Shown here: piece after piece, positions 51,649 to 64,000 of the stretch
Layout: every line of letters starts with the position of its first letter
Numbering within the stretch: position 1 is the stretch's first letter
NCBI GenBank assembly: GCA_036172245.1
Contig: JAYWIR010000037.1
Coordinates: 620,001 to 684,000 of the forward strand
Length of the DNA: 64,000 nt
Direction: 5' to 3'
DNA from: Raillietiella orientalis
Taxonomy: Eukaryota
Notes under the pieces: generated by a model
Database searches by the model: none
What the model was told of the DNA's origin: nothing
What the model saw: the letters and a program-made list of their open reading frames with translations, nothing else
Made by a program: the position numbers and the translations under genes

Positions 51649-53317
51649 ATGATTGTAGTGCGTAATTCGTGTTTGTTGCTTCCACGGATTACATGTAATG
51701 CCATTTTGCGACCCCTAAGGTGTCACTCTGTGAAAGATCAACGTGAGGTAGTTTATCGGCGCATATGGTTGTCGAACTTATATACTTAAAATCTTTGTAG
51801 GATGAAAGCGATAAACTTTACAAATTGATAGAGGTAGAAGTTAGAGGTCATGATCGTGCAGTACTAGACAGTTATGAGTGGTTTGCAACTACAGCAGCCA
51901 AGCATTTGGACATTAAAGTTGCAAAAGTGTAAGCCTCATTATACTTCTGTTATATCTCGATTATATGGCCTTAATTGTATTGATGTTGACAAAGCAAGTA
52001 CGTGAATAAAATGTATGTGAATTCAATTTGTTTAAGTACTCATAAAATGGTGAATAACTCAAGAATATGGAAAAAGTATCTAATAGTTTGTCTGAAACAG
52101 TACATTTGTTTCAATGAATTCTCCTAAAAGATTCAAGAAAGAAAGATTGAAGGAATATGTAAAGTGAAGAATATTCCAAGATTATAGTTGCTAATTGTTT
52201 GGTACTATTAAAAACCTACATTCAGATTTTTAAAATTTATTGTTTTCCTTCTTTTCTGAAATTGTGTTATTATTTTTAAGTAATTTAGTTAGTTTTCCTT
52301 GTTGCCAGTAAGGATTAGTAATGATTGAAATGGGCAAAGTGGAAATCTGAATAATAATATACTGCTTGAAGTTTATTAAGTTAGAATGTGGTTTTGTTCT
52401 ACCTGTTTTGTTTTCCTACCTGTATCTTAATTGGCATTAGTGTTTTGGTTAGTCTGAAAAAAGATCTTTTATATGTGTAGTAACAGAGTATTTTATTAAT
52501 TCCACATAAGTTCAGATGTGCAGTTTTATTTTGTCTTTCAAAATATCTCAGAAATTGAACATTATTATTTGCATTGATATGTCATTTGTGCATTTATGTG
52601 TTCTGAGGAGCGAAAATTCAGAATATAATTTCCTAAGCAGAATTGATGTTTTTGTTTTGAATAGATTCCCTAAGAATTATTATTCTTGGTCATAAATCAG
52701 TCAAAAGAAAATCAGTACATTAGCAGGCTGTGTTCACTGAAATGGAAAGATTCAAGCAAGAGTATCAAGGCTTGTAAATTATTGGTAGTGTAATTTGTGC
52801 ATTATAATTTAAAGGGTTTTGAAAACTTGGTACCTTTGTAGTTCAAGTTAGATATACCAATGAACATGTTGCGTGTACTTGTTAAGAAAGCATCAACACT
52901 GAAATGTATTATTGGTCTTCATATTATTGCTTTTCTTTTATTAAAAGTGTGTTGTTTGTCATTCTAAGAAGCATATTAATTAACATTTGAGAGCTGAAAG
53001 GATTTATTCTGATTTTAGGTGGGAGCCACCAAAGCATTTGTTGCGTAAAGATTTTCTTCGTAGTGCCCATGTTCATAAGAAGCATTTTGTACAATACGAA
53101 TTTCGTACATATTTCCGTATTATTCAGTTGGTCAGACTTACAGGCAGTACAGCTGACACTTACCTGGAGTACATTCAACGAAATTTGCCTGTAGGAGTGG
53201 CCATGAAGGTGAATAAGGTGAAACAATTGTGCTTTTGTTGAAATGGAATGCTTCCCTATACATCTTCCATAGCATGAAATCCAGATGTTGCCAGAACATA
53301 TTTGTCAAGGGCGTTAG
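51649..53317 (+). CDS. MRPS10: Mitochondrial small-subunit ribosomal protein uS10m
   Basis: 4 exons: 51649-51747, 51801-51928, 53019-53217, 53273-53317 (156 aa). Has an Arg-rich presequence-like N-terminus, [38 protein letters not shown] and [25 protein letters not shown]. Confidence 0.96.
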
Positions 53318-53544
53318 AATGAGGTGCTGAAAGAAGAAGAGGATAAGGTGGCATGTGGATGGGAGAATCAAGACCCCAGTAACGCGACGCGTTAGACAAG
53401 AAAATCGTACTAAAAGACTGAACATGCATTTATTTCCGAAGCCAAACAAAACGCATGAAACAAACATGTCCGAGTTTGCGCAACCCCGCATCGGCATCGT
53501 GTACTGTTACACCGAACCGCGCTGAACCGGAATAAAAGCGTTCC

Positions 53545-55614
53545 TCACAACGGTCGGCGCAGGGGAGCCGGGTAGGAGACAGGGGCCAAACGATCCACCA
53601 CACCTCCGAAACTGCATCAAAGAGGAACGTTATTACAATTAGGGCACGGTGTCACGCACTGCACCATACAAGATCTGCAATCTCCTTTTGTTGCCTATGT
53701 GCATCACAAATGCTTGAAAAGGCACCAGAAGGAGAAAACAGTGGGTAATATAAGACAATATTGTTTGCTGGTGCTTTATGCAAAATAAAAACATTCCCCG
53801 AACGGTTACAATTGACCGAACGGGTCACTTACCTTCTACCTGAAGGTAGCATAGGATCTCTAGTAAAATCCATATGTCCTTCCTTTGCTATTCTGAAAGA
53901 TTTTACAACTACCTAACATGCAAGCATACAAGAATATACCTATCATTACGCATTCCTGCTATAGGAAATCCCATCTGATGGACGCCATGACCAACCAACG
54001 GTCTTTTGTACATTTCTTCGCGTGGATAGCCCATCTCTCTTGAAGGTGGTGGAATTATTGGACGTTCATAACCATTACCTTTTGCATATTCAAAATACCT
54101 GTCATAATCACGAGCATAGCGATCGTATCTTTCGTAAACAAGAGGAGGCTCCTTAACAAAACACATCTGATTATCTAATGACGTACAATAAGAATATGTA
54201 AGCATACGTATTTTTCTCTCATGTATGTGTCGGGAGGCAGTGGTGGTGGAAACATCATATCCCGTCTCCCATGCATTGGTGGTGGTGGAGGAGGCATTGG
54301 ATCTCTCCAGCGAGGAGGAGGTCCCATTGGTGGACGCACAGGTGGCATAACCGGAGGCATAGTCCTACATCACATTTTAACAAAACCCATTAAGCAACTC
54401 CTTACCTTTCACGGAAACAATCTTTGGACCAGTGACCTCTTCCACCACACTTAAAGCACATGTTGCCTCCACCCATACCTGGTTTTTGGCGTACAGTACT
54501 TGTTGATCTTTCCACAGATATAGCCCGTCCATTAAGCTGATAGCCATTCAACTGTTTTATGGCTTCAGTAGCCTCTAGTGAACTATCCATATGCTGAAGC
54601 AATTGAAAGAGCATGTTAACCTCATTGCCAATAATTGCACATTCAACCAAAGTAATGGTGGTGGTCTTTCAAAAAACGAGAAAGCACTAAACAATGCAAG
54701 CAAACAAAATGCAACATTACTTGTTTCTATTTCACTGCATACTGTCAATTAAATAGTAAAATTTTTATTTCAAAAACTGCAGAATACATACCTTTGAGAC
54801 ATATAAAATGACAATATTTATGTACTAAAACCTTACCACAAATCCATAACTTTTGAGAACATCACACTCAACTACATGACCGAACTTTTCAAATAGTGGT
54901 TTCAACTCATCAGCAGTTACAGTTTCTGACAAGTTTCCCACAAACAACTTTGTTGGTGCTGGGCGAGGCTTCTTCACTAAATAACAATTTACATTCCACG
55001 TATTAAATTAAAATTTTTTATCAGCACCTGGACTTTGATACCAGTCATAGTATTCTCCATTACTGTTCATCGAGCGTTTGGTACTTTGACCAGTTGACAA
55101 TTCCACAGAGATCGACTTTCCCTTCAGGATATGTCCATTTAATGCTTTTATAGCCAACTTGGCACTTTCTGGATCCTCCATGTGCTACACAAAAAATGAT
55201 AACAGATAAACGAATGTACCACAAATTCTTAACTTACCACAAACCCATAACTTCTGAGAACTGCACATTCAGTAACTGTTCCAAACTGTTCAAAGAGGGG
55301 TCTAAGGTCACTCTCCGTAATGGATTCATTCAAATTGCCAACAAACAATTTAATTGAAGAATTAGCTAGAAAACAATGAGAAGTTTCAATAAATAGGAAT
55401 TTAAATAATTGGAAGTTATCATTATTTTTCTTTGAACTGGACATGAAACTGAACTGATCTCCATGTCCAGTTTCATCTCAAAAGTACTAAACGTACGATT
55501 TCTATGCGCAGGTACAGTCCTAGCAGATAGTTGAACAGTTATATTTTCACCTCGATTATCAGAAGGCTCTTCTTCAGGAACATCCGTTTTCACAGGAACT
55601 GAATTCTCAGCCAT
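53545..55614 (-). CDS. lark: lark/RBM4-like RNA-binding protein (RRM-RRM-CCHC knuckle, Pro/Arg/Tyr-rich tail)
   Basis: 9 exons: 55614-55551, 55365-55238, 55184-55028, 54976-54837, 54593-54406, 54364-54208, 54151(or 54166)-53940, 53892-53833, 53611-53545 (~390-395 aa). Has two KLFVGNL...YGFVHM RRMs and the zinc knuckle CFKCGGRGHWSKDC. First and last exons are inferred from splice sites and phase. Confidence 0.92.
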
Positions 55615-58600
55615 GTTATAACTTGATGAATGCTGCAACAGTAAACCACTTTAAATACGAACTGGATTAGAGATCCATACTGTATCAAGAAAATTCTAAC
55701 AACTGTGCAGTAGTATATGTTTCAAGGAAATATTGGCAGGTAAAATTACAGCAGTACTCAATCCAAATCTGTAATATATTCCAGAATTTATTAGGAATGA
55801 TTCAATACGTCCTTTATTAACTTAAAATCCACAATTATGACATTCCTCAATAATGGCATTCCAATTTAAATAAACGTCACAAGTCTTTCACTGTAGTACA
55901 AATGGGTATTACCTTTCAGTATACTAAAGTACCATTTATAAAATAATTATAAAAGTAATATGTACTGCATCCCTTATATATGCCAGCTTGAATTCAAGTT
56001 CTGAATAACTAGTGCCATGAGACATAACCACAATCTTTAAAATGCTTTCAACAGTTTCTACTTATTTAATAAGACTTAGATAGCTAAAAATGCACACTCC
56101 CAAGTGGAATAGCTTTGGATACCATATAGAAATGTGTTACATTCCTTGTTATCATCATCTTATTAGGAAATTTACTTGATTATTCCACTGCCTAATGGCA
56201 TATCAAATGCATCAATGAAACAATATTCTTCATGTGATGCATAACAATGCATGCCTTGTAAACCCCTGATGATATAACGAAAATGCTGCCTTTACTCAAG
56301 AATTTCTAAAAAAAATCTGATATAGAGCCAATAAAAGATTAATGTCCTGTAATCAACAAGATGGATGATCTATTTCACTCCTGCCTTCAGCATGGCAGTA
56401 GGCAAGATGAACAAAATCTAGCAGGAAAAGTTCTGTAACAGTGCTTGGGTCATTATTATTAACTCTGATTATTAACGAGAGTTTCAAGCAACATATGTGC
56501 ATGTATATCGATTAATTTCTCAATTAAAAGTGCCTGCTCAACAAAAGTTTGCATTTTTATGAGAACTGATAAGATAAGATATACTCCAATCAGTCCATTA
56601 GTTTAATAAAATTTTTCCACCACCTATGGAAACAGAACCTCGAGTTAACAGGATCTTGATGCTTTGTGCGAAAATCTTTTTTGTTACTAGCAATAAATCA
56701 CAAATACGGAAAACACACTGTTGTAATGCTGGATAATTCATACCATGACAATCATTTAAAACTTTCAAAATAACATGCAATAAAATTTGCATTACAGTAA
56801 ACATAAAGGTTTAAGGATAAATGCTTGTTTGCATGCAATACAATCTGATCAAATATCATATGAAGATGCAAAAGACTTACATAAGACAATGAATATTATT
56901 CATAAATGAATGAAACAAAGTTGATTATAACACGTAGTCACATTAGCTTCCAAGACAATTACAGTAATACATGAATAGCATTTTCTACATAAATTTCAAG
57001 CATTTCATGCACAAGTATGTCAACACATGTTCAGATTGACAGCAAATTACCTTCTCAGTCAATTTTTCAGAACTGTTCATTTCTCACTCCAAAACTTTTA
57101 ATTCATAATGTCTCAAACAACACACCACTCAGAGTGAAATAACAAGGAAAGATTTGAAATCCTGTTCCACTTATGTTACGGACTTTCCACAAGAGTTAAC
57201 TCCCACTTTTTACTATTCTACTTGGAACAATTTTTTTTTTTTTTTTTTTAAATCAAGCTGCCTAACTATGATGCTTAATTTTCTGTTAATGGTTACTACC
57301 AACAAGAAAACTCATTATGTTTCTGCACCCTAACCTAGCACTTTGAGAATAGGCACTAAACTAATGAAATACTGAGGAATGATTTTGGCTACATAATTTG
57401 CCAATCGTAAAAAAAAATTAAATAAAAAGCCACTGCCACAGGAAAAAACTACAATTTTAAATAAATATTACTCTAAGTATAATTTACAAAAATAATCGAA
57501 TGATCAGATAATTTTAATTATTTATCAGGTATTTACTTTTTCGGTGCAAATGCATTAGTCAATACATGCACGAAAATGAGAAAATAATTTGGTTTTCTGC
57601 CCACAAAATTAGTTTCGTTGTTTTGTACCTTATGGTGGTAGATTTGGTTCTATTCTCTGTGATCCAATGCTCCGCACTTACAAATGCTTAGGATGTTATA
57701 GAAATGCAAACTCTTGCAAAAGCTTTTAACAGCAACTTTTGAAAAAATTTACGAATTGAATCAATTTCCTTGATGATTTGTTATAACTAGAGGCTAAAAT
57801 AATGAAGAAAAACAATCAATAAAACAGTACAGCAATTTTTGCAATGCTTCTGTACATTCAGATCAGAATGTGAATTTTCTGAAAACATAATGTAATACTA
57901 TTCATGAAATATTAAACACATTATCTATCACATGTGCATTTTGTGCAACTTGATTGATAAATAATTTATCAACTGCACAATCTGTGCAATTCACATCGGC
58001 ATCAGAGTTTAATAAATGTGAGATATGTATTGCACACAATAATATGAACTGAAATAATATAAAGATTCTCACATCCAAGCAACTATCAGAATAAATTAAT
58101 ATTCCTTTTCATTTTCATAACATCACCTTTTAAATTTAAAAAATAAAAAAAGTGTGCTAATAAGGATATTTAAAAGTATTAAGCCAATACCAGAGAATCT
58201 GAATTCCAAATATTACACATGCAAAATTGTACTTAATGGGCAAACATCACTCGGTAAAATAAACTAACTACAACAATCAATTAAATTATGAAGCTGTAGA
58301 AAAATAATCCCTTTTATACTCTTTGCTAGCATGGTAGCAATTTCATAAGGTAATTTAATGAGCATTAAAAGCTAAATATATTATCAAGACCATGTTCAGT
58401 AAAAAAAAAAAATCTGCTTGTGGATGAAATTGCGCAAATTAACAAATTCAACAGACAACTCTAAAAAATGTAAATAGTTCCAATGTTTGTACACTACAAA
58501 AAAACTTAAGTTTCATAATTTATTTAAAGAAAGCTCATGAATGCATATAAACTTGGTAATATAATTCATTACACTAATCAATTAGTATAGTTTTCCTTGC

Positions 58601-61600
58601 TAAATACATAGGCCAGCCACCAGGAAAATTATATAGCAATTATTAAGATAGGTTCTCTAAGAAATTTCTAGCTATAAACAACTTGTGCATTTTAATGCAA
58701 AACTAATTAACCTATTTATTAGCAAATTATACATTTAATGCATTGAACTTTTTCACTAAAAATATTTCAGATAGTCTCAAAAATTTCAATTTTTAACTCA
58801 AAATAAAAAGTATAAATTTTGTGCTTTAACTAACTTTTATTTGCAGATGCCTAAATTATTTTTAGCACATATGATGTGATCGTTACATGAGATCCAATGC
58901 AATCCTAATTTTTTCAAAATAATGAAAAATAATTTTAGAACTTAAACATAAAAACATAATTCATATGCTTAGGTTTGGATTACTTATAACGTTGTAGGTA
59001 ATAACTGTTTTAATCAATAAGTACTTAAGGTAAATCTTATTCGTAGATCTAATTAACTTTTGCAAAAAAAATCTCAAGATTATAATCTACAATGCCATGA
59101 AACACAAAAAAAATAATTTGAATTTATTTAAACAATCGTTACATACATATCAGATTATGAAGACAAGTAAAAACACACATAGTTCACGACAGCCATCGAC
59201 ACCTATTGTGACATACAGCGGCATGCACGCTGCTCAACATCGATAAATACTGCACAGGCGAATTCTTAGAATTTATTTGTATTACTAAACAATGAAATCA
59301 CTGCTGAAGCAAATATTAACAATAATACATCATTGCTTTAAAAAAAAAAAAAAATCACGGAAACCAAAAATCCTGTAACTTTTTACAACATTTAATAAAT
59401 TCACAACCAACGTTCAGTATCACGAAGATTCATTCAACGATAACGCTACTACATATAATTACATACAATGCAACTATTGTGGTTATGCTGAAGTGCTAGT
59501 CTAAGAGCACTGGAAACATACACGCATATGTAAATTTGCTCAGGAAGAATACGTGGCTACGGTAATCATGGAACTTACAGATCTGATTCGCATTACGTTA
59601 ACACTAAAGCAATTAACGTTTAATTAACAAATATATGCAAAAATAAAGCAATAAACTAATCCATCGTTTTCGCAAAGGAACAAAAAGAAAAACGAAATAT
59701 AAAATATGGAACAAAAAATCAATAATTTTTCAAATTATCAATAAAATATCGATTACGCACACGGAGCATACAGCTTCCCAAGCGATCCCTTCTGGACTAC
59801 GAAATAATTTCATCAATCAAATACCATCACGTATTAAAAACATGAAAAGCACTTGCATACAGGAATAAAATTTAATTATAAGAATGAAGTACACAAATGA
59901 AAGAACAAAATTCATGCACTCATTTTCTGATTTAACTGAATTGAGAATAACCAAATTAAACACTTGACTACCGCATTTTGTTTAAAGAAATGAAACAAGA
60001 AACAAAAATAGTATTCACGAAATCTACAAATAAAATGTTTTCAAAATAGAAAATATAGCAAAAAAACAACAAAAACACGTCTAGAGAAAAAAAAACAGTA
60101 GATGTTAAGAAAACGCAGTGCTTAAAACGAATTCATCAAGGAAAATGAACTTTTTATAATTTTTTTTTTTTTTTACACAATTAGTTTCAATACATTTAGC
60201 GACATTCATTTTCAATACTGAATACGAAAAGCCACTAGAATCAAAAGCATAAACATGTTTAAAAATTGAGAAAACTGATTCGCAAATCTGGAAATTTAAT
60301 ACTTCAATGTAAGGTTTAAAGAAACTCATAAAAACGGTTGCTACGGCGAGAATATTTGGAAATAACCAAAATAGAGAAGAAAAAGTACTAACGTTAAAAT
60401 GAAATATATTGAGTAACTTGTTCATATTCAGGTTCTGAGAAATGGAAAAAATATATTTGTGCACTTAAGATGATTATCTTCAACATGCTACTTTGCTCTA
60501 AATGTTTCAAATGCTAATTGTGATAACAGAAATTGATTTTTATTTTCCATTTACATATCCCCAATCTGAAAACCACTAGATTAGATAGTAGAAGGAAAAT
60601 CACAAAGATTCTATTTTTATTTTTATCCCAGTGTACTTGATTTCGTAGAAAAATCAACCCAAGTAGAATAATCTATAAAATAAGAGAAAATGATTATACT
60701 ATGATTGATTCATTTCATCTGTTGCACAGTTTGTGAACAAGAAATCATAAATTGAGCACATCTAGGTAACGTCCTGGTTCTTGTCATAAAAATAAATTAA
60801 GATCCACATAAATAAAATTTTGTAATTAGTTCACGTTTAGAAATCTTGGGAAAATACCATATATATGCAAAGGATGTGAATTATGTGCAGGAGCTTCCGT
60901 AATATGGTAAAATGGAGAAATAGGATAAATTCCTATATGTGCTACTGTTTATTACGAAGTTACAATTTACAAATCACAATTCTACCTATACTTACTTTGA
61001 TCTATTGAATACTACTAAAGCCTCCCATTCCATCGCATTTTAATATTTGTTATCAAAAATTTTTTGCAATTCACAATTCCAAGTTATAGTATGTTTACTG
61101 CTTCAGAGTTTCTTCAGTTTTCTATACCAAGCTATGGGTAATAATATCAAAGTTTCATTGTTCTTTCCTTCAGAGCACAGAATATGTACTGAAGAAAATC
61201 TCCCTTTGTTTCTTTCGCAAAAGATGGATTAGATTAATGCATTATTTTGTATATATTTGAAACTTGTGTGTTAACTGCTTCAGTGTTAATATAATGCGGA
61301 TCAGATTTGCAAGTACCATGGTTACCGTTGCCACGTATTCTTTCTTAGCAAATTTACATACTCTATGGATGTTTAACAAAGCACAGTATTCAAAAATGCT
61401 TCTATAAATTTTGTCAGAATGGTTTATTTCATGCACAATTGCTGCTCCGGACCAACTTTGCTTATTAAGAAACAGTGATCAAGCTTGCTTTCAAGCCCTA
61501 TTGATAAGCAAAACGCAAAATTCTCACGAATATGTATCCCGTACCCATTGTTTACATTTATTAAGAATATGCTAAGCACCTCAAAAAGAAATGAAAGAGC

Positions 61601-62375
61601 ATATTTTGCTTAAAAACTATCCATGTTCTACTTAAAAGAATTCTAATATTAATGAGACTTACATGAGGATATCCTACATCTAAAGGCCATTATTACAAAA
61701 TTTTGCATTCAAGATTTGTAAATCATTTTTCGATTGTGAGATATATCGTTAATTATTGAAAACTTAAAATAATATCTTGTATTCAAAAAATCTCAGCAAA
61801 GATGAATCCATATCAAATGTATTTTGAATGTTAAGTATCAACATTTAAAATGCATGATATGGTGTTTATGCATGATGTCTTTCATTACAATTAATATAAA
61901 TGCATCAAAATGTAATATATATATTACATTTTAATAATTTGTATATCTCTATATTATATTTTAATAATTAATATGTGTATATATGGAATAAATTTATACA
62001 TACATATAATAGAGCGAGTTTTGTCCCTACCTTTCTATATAGACAAAAGACGTTACTTTATGAGAAATACTTATTTCATTTACTGTCATCGGATGCCATT
62101 CAGTGAAATAAGTCGCGTTAAATCCAAACGGTCATTTGCTTGACATAATAAGTTAAGCAGCGAGCAATATTGCGTTCCATGTGTTACGCTGATAGCTGAT
62201 TTTGCACGTGGTTGAGAGTAGGTAGTGCAAATTTTTTTTGTCCCATCCATGATTGGAATGAATTATATAAAAACAATTTAACATGCCACCTGGACATTGA
62301 GTAGAATCAAAGTTTTATAGAGTTTCAGGGAGCTGGGTCTCACCCAATTCATAGAAGCATAACTCTTCATTAAGG

Positions 62376-63617
62376 ATGGATTCAGAATACCATTTGAATT
62401 TCGAAGCCTTAATAGAGTATATATCTGATGAAAGTCTAGAAATCAAAGATTCTCTGAAATGTTTTTTGCCCAATACAGTTAGTAGACCTTTATAATATTT
62501 ACTGTTATGATTAAATAAGTAAACTGATTTCATTCGTAACATGGAATCATAACATTATTGCCGGATGTCTTTCTAGTTCGTGACTTCTCAAAATAAATCC
62601 CAAGTTGTGGATTTCACAGCTTCTCTTTTGCTAAAACCACATTTAGCAGAAAAAGTTTTTTGGACTTCGCCATCCTTTTTCTACTTGTGCTTGCAAGATG
62701 TATTTAGAACTAAAAATTGTTTGGATACCAATGAATACATAAGTTTAGCAAAATTAATGAAATATTCGGAATATAATTGGTAAGTGATGGTTTTTGTAAT
62801 GCGAGTGTTTACATATTCATTTTCCATGCGCTGTAATTTTTTAGCAATTAAGTTATTATTTATGGGCAATTGACAAATTAGACTATTGGGTTTCAGAAAT
62901 AATGGTGACTATTTGTGGAGCCCATTTTGTTAATGCTGTTAGTTAAATATGCATACTAGTTAGCAAAAGTTTTGATCCTAAAAGCACTCTCAATTACTCA
63001 ATATTTCTGCAGTACTTGCATTTACACCATTTTTTTTTAGGTATTTCTTATCAAAAGCTTATGAATCGTATTGGCAACTTAATGTTGAGGAACAGAATCA
63101 TTTCCTATCAAAACAGATAACAGATGTCCAATCAAAGGATATTGCAGATGCTTGCGCAGAAGCCACTTTCCAAATAGTTTTGAATTCCAAGGATGTTCAT
63201 AAGTCTGCTTCTTTGTTTGCATATTTAGTAAATGCTTTGGAGTTCAATTTGCATACCGTAGCTGGTCTATGGTAATTATTTTTCAAGTTTTTATTTAAAA
63301 GCACATGCAATAATACACTGCTTATTGTTGGTGTGATCATACACTCTCTTTACAGGTTTGCTCTAAAAAGTGTTGCTATAATTTTGTGCTGCTCGCCTGC
63401 TCATTGGAAGCTATTGGCAGCACACTTTTTTGATAAGGAAGTCGATTTTTCCTGGAAAATAAGAAATTACTTCTTGAAATCACCAATGATGAAAGAAAGC
63501 AGTTTAATTTTTGGATCACATAAATGCTCTTCTAAATGTTTTAAACTAAGTGACATAGCACCTAATTTGAAGTGCATTTCTGGAGTGTTTTTTTCCTGTT
63601 TCAATTCATCATCTTCG
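62376..63617 (+). CDS. MDN1: Midasin (MDN1/Rea1) AAA-ATPase, N-terminal exons only (continues off the right edge)
   Basis: Phase-consistent exons 62376-62477, 62577-62779, 63041-63271, 63356-63617. Blocks LKCFL..FVTSQNKSQVVDFTASLLL, YISLAKLM, LWFALKSVAIILC and SDIAPNLKCISGV occur in the same order as in the remembered N-terminus of human MDN1. The AAA domains are not in the window. Confidence 0.7.
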
Positions 63618-64000
63618 GTAAATATTTCTGTTGCAATGATAAGGTTTTACAGCATGCCAAATTATTTGTTTAAATGCTGCTGCTTTATGCATTTGATTTG
63701 ATTAATTCCTCTCAAATGGATGGGAGGTTTATGACAAATAGCTCACAGTTTTCTTGTTAGACGTATGTAAAATCAAAAATTGTAAAAACTGTTCATGCTG
63801 TTAAGAGAATTCATCACATTAGGATATAATCATCAAAGTTGTTTAAACTGCTGATGTTGGCTTGCATGTTTTAATGTGCGATCTTTCATTTGTAAGTTGT
63901 AAACATTTCTATTTGATTAGCGTTAGGTAAATATTAAATGAAATGAAATTTTTTATATTCTGTGCATGGTTTTAACAAAGATCTTTAATACTGCGGTGTT

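Noticed and set aside
61907..61932. 26-nt perfect palindrome AAAATGTAATATATATATTACATTTT
   Set aside because: Low complexity and built around a (TA)n core in very AT-rich DNA.
1..64000. CRISPR arrays, tRNA, rRNA, prokaryotic operons or intact transposons
   Set aside because: No regularly spaced repeats, cloverleaf or rRNA sequence, or long intronless transposon ORFs were seen by eye.

Overview
AT-rich eukaryotic (metazoan, probably arthropod) genomic DNA; no prokaryotic, CRISPR, rRNA or tRNA features were seen. Splicing the ORF fragments by hand gives nine conserved housekeeping genes: GMAP-210/TRIP11 golgin (-, 3' end outside the window, N-terminal exons spread over ~19 kb), DDB1 (-, complete, 1139 aa), an RDH11/12-like short-chain dehydrogenase (-, 326 aa), PAF1 (-, 461 aa), fibrillarin (+, 303 aa), RPA2 (-, 266 aa), MRPS10 (+, 156 aa), lark/RBM4 (-, ~390 aa) and the first four coding exons of midasin MDN1 (+). 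Most introns are only 39-55 nt and several gene pairs are extremely tightly packed: 162 nt from the PAF1 stop to the RDH ATG, and 25 nt between the convergent fibrillarin and RPA2 stops. In contrast, the GMAP-210 introns hold a CpG-rich, homopolymer-rich domain of about 11-14 kb. Degenerate transposon remnants and several long perfect hairpins lie at 19-27 kb. The most unusual signal is a hairpin in fibrillarin intron 1 carrying a 21/22-nt match to a coding exon of the neighbouring RPA2 gene, antisense to the RPA2 mRNA. All gene models, homology calls and counts are manual and from memory of the families; no searches were run.
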